Under the pieces are notes generated by a model. It was given only the letters and a program-made list of their open reading frames with translations, did no database searches and had not been told where the DNA came from. 64,000 nucleotides of DNA. It comes from Negaprion brevirostris. Lineage: Eukaryota. The translations under genes and the position numbers were made by a program. This document shows, one piece after another, positions 62,822 to 64,000 of the stretch (position 1 is its first letter; each line of letters opens with the position of its first letter). The stretch is from assembly GCA_030324005.1 (NCBI GenBank), contig JARDVH010000106.1:50570895-50634894 (forward strand). The letters run 5' to 3'.

Positions 62822-62928
62822 CACAGTAAGAAGTCTCACAACACTGGGTTAAAGTCCAACAGGTTTATTTGTAGCTAACACCACTAGCTTTCGGAACTGG
62901 CTGTTCCTTCGTCAGGTGGTTGGGAGTT
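62822..62928 (-). mobile_element. Penelope-terminus-derived short element inserted in a CR1 relic
   Basis: Shares cagtaag..gtctcaca..ggttaaagtccaacaggtttattt with the copy at 48716 and aacaggtttattt with the copy at 32757; interrupts CR1 RT sequence just before tagtggggtgacacagggatc (VTSGVPQGS region). Confidence 0.65.
62880..62920 (-). ncRNA. Minimal type I hammerhead ribozyme motif (Penelope-type)
   Basis: ACCAC-CTGACGA-A-GGAAC-agcca-GTTCC-GAAA-GC-TA-GTGGT: stem I ACCAC/GTGGT, core CUGANGA, 5-bp stem II, GAAA, palindromic AGCT in place of stem III, UH = UA. Confidence 0.7.
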
Positions 62929-63284
62929 AGTGGGGTGACACAGGGATCACGGCTGGAGCCTCTACTATTTACAATCTATATTAATAACCTAGATGAAGTG
63001 ACTGATTGTTGTGGCCAAATTTGCTGACAAGAAGAATAGTCAGATGCCAAGCTGCAAAGAGGATATAAGAGTAAAGTCAGTAGACAAAAATTGGGAGATG
63101 GAGTATAATGTGGAACATGGGGTTATCCACTTTGACAGAAAGAACAGAAAAGCAGAGTATTATTTAAGAGAGGCACTACAGAATGTTGCAGTAGAGAGAC
63201 CTGTGTGTTCTTGTACATAACCACAAAATTAGTTTGCAGGCAGAGTGAATAATTAGGACAGCAAATTGAATGCTTAAATTTTTA

Positions 63285-63440
63285 AAGTTTCATTAATCAA
63301 TCACAAGTAGGCTTACGTTAATACTGCAAAGAAGTGACAGTGCAAGTCCCCTAGTTGCCACACACCAATGCCTGATCAGGTACACTGGAGGGAGAATTTA
63401 GCATGGCCAATGCACTTAACCAGCACGTCTTTTAGACTAT
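63285..63440 (-). mobile_element. V-SINE 3' part nested in CR1
   Basis: tcacaagtaggcttacgttaatactgc...gaatttagcatggccaatgcacttaaccagcacgtctttt. Confidence 0.7.
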
Positions 63441-64000
63441 TGACCTTTAATGCAAGCCGGAGGGAGCAATGAAATCGGCAAGAATTTTACAACATTGCTG
63501 AGATCAAATCTAGAATACAGAGCAAAGTTTGGTAAACTTAAGTACGGATATAATTGCATTGGAAGCAGTTCAGAGAAGGGGCACTAATCTGGTTGCTGGG
63601 ACGAGGGGTTTCTCTTTAGATGGAGAAGTTGAACAGGCTAGGTCTATATTTATTGGTTTAAAGAATGAGTTTATTGAAACATAAGATTCTGAGGGGAATT
63701 GACAGGGTTGATGATGACAGACTATTTCTTCTTGTGGCATATTTAGAACTAGGAGCGTGGTTTCAGATTAAGTATCCCAGTTAAAACTAAGATGAGGAGG
63801 ACTTTCTTCTGAGGGTCATTCATTGATGTTAAGCTGAGGAGCTAGCAGTGCACATCGACACCCATTTTCCCTCCTGCAAAATTACACTTATGCCTAGTGA
63901 CATCTCCATGGTGCTAATCAATACCAAATTTCTTCCTTGAGCTCCTTCACCAATTAAGTGTGTATATTCCTAGGAACTTGTTTTGACAGTAGTTGGTGAC

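Larger units (their letters stand above)
62480..63815 (+). mobile_element. Decayed CR1 RT region with nested elements
   Basis: ttggatttccaaaagg (LDFQK), AKFADK, WEMEYNV, gcagttcagagaagg, tttattgaaacataagattctgagggg. Confidence 0.8.

Noticed and set aside
56721-64000. First coding exon of TAB3 (MAQ...VLHDLRQRFPEIPE..VSQCMLQ)
   Set aside because: No matching minus-strand sequence found by eye; it probably lies beyond the window or in a gap.

Overview
Repeat-rich vertebrate genomic DNA from a gapped draft assembly. The repeat set (HE1-type V-SINEs, CR1 3' tails, Deu-domain SINEs, Penelope, Rex1 and RTE relics) points to an elasmobranch (shark); this is inferred, not proven. The only protein-coding gene I can support is TAB3 (TAK1-binding protein 3) on the minus strand. 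Six coding exons are resolved with GT-AG junctions and consistent phases: 56718-55206, 52363-52203, 49467-49374, 38153-38061, 26098-26003 and 16777-16629. They total 2106 nt, or 701 aa plus stop, and end in the NZF zinc finger ...[10 protein letters not shown]. Three of these exons are absent from the ORF track. The first coding exon (N-terminal CUE half) was not found and probably lies beyond 64000. Most other ORFs are decayed retroelement fragments, noise or N-gap artefacts. Best leads: (1) a SINE-like element headed by two U2 snRNA 5' fragments (~45010-45294); (2) Penelope-derived, partly palindromic elements carrying minimal hammerhead ribozyme motifs, one with an intact core (62880-62920); (3) TAB2-type central motifs retained in this TAB3; (4) an unclassified old ~350 bp repeat present twice, 49 kb apart. 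Family and orthology calls rest on recalled consensus sequences, not on searches, and repeat boundaries are approximate.
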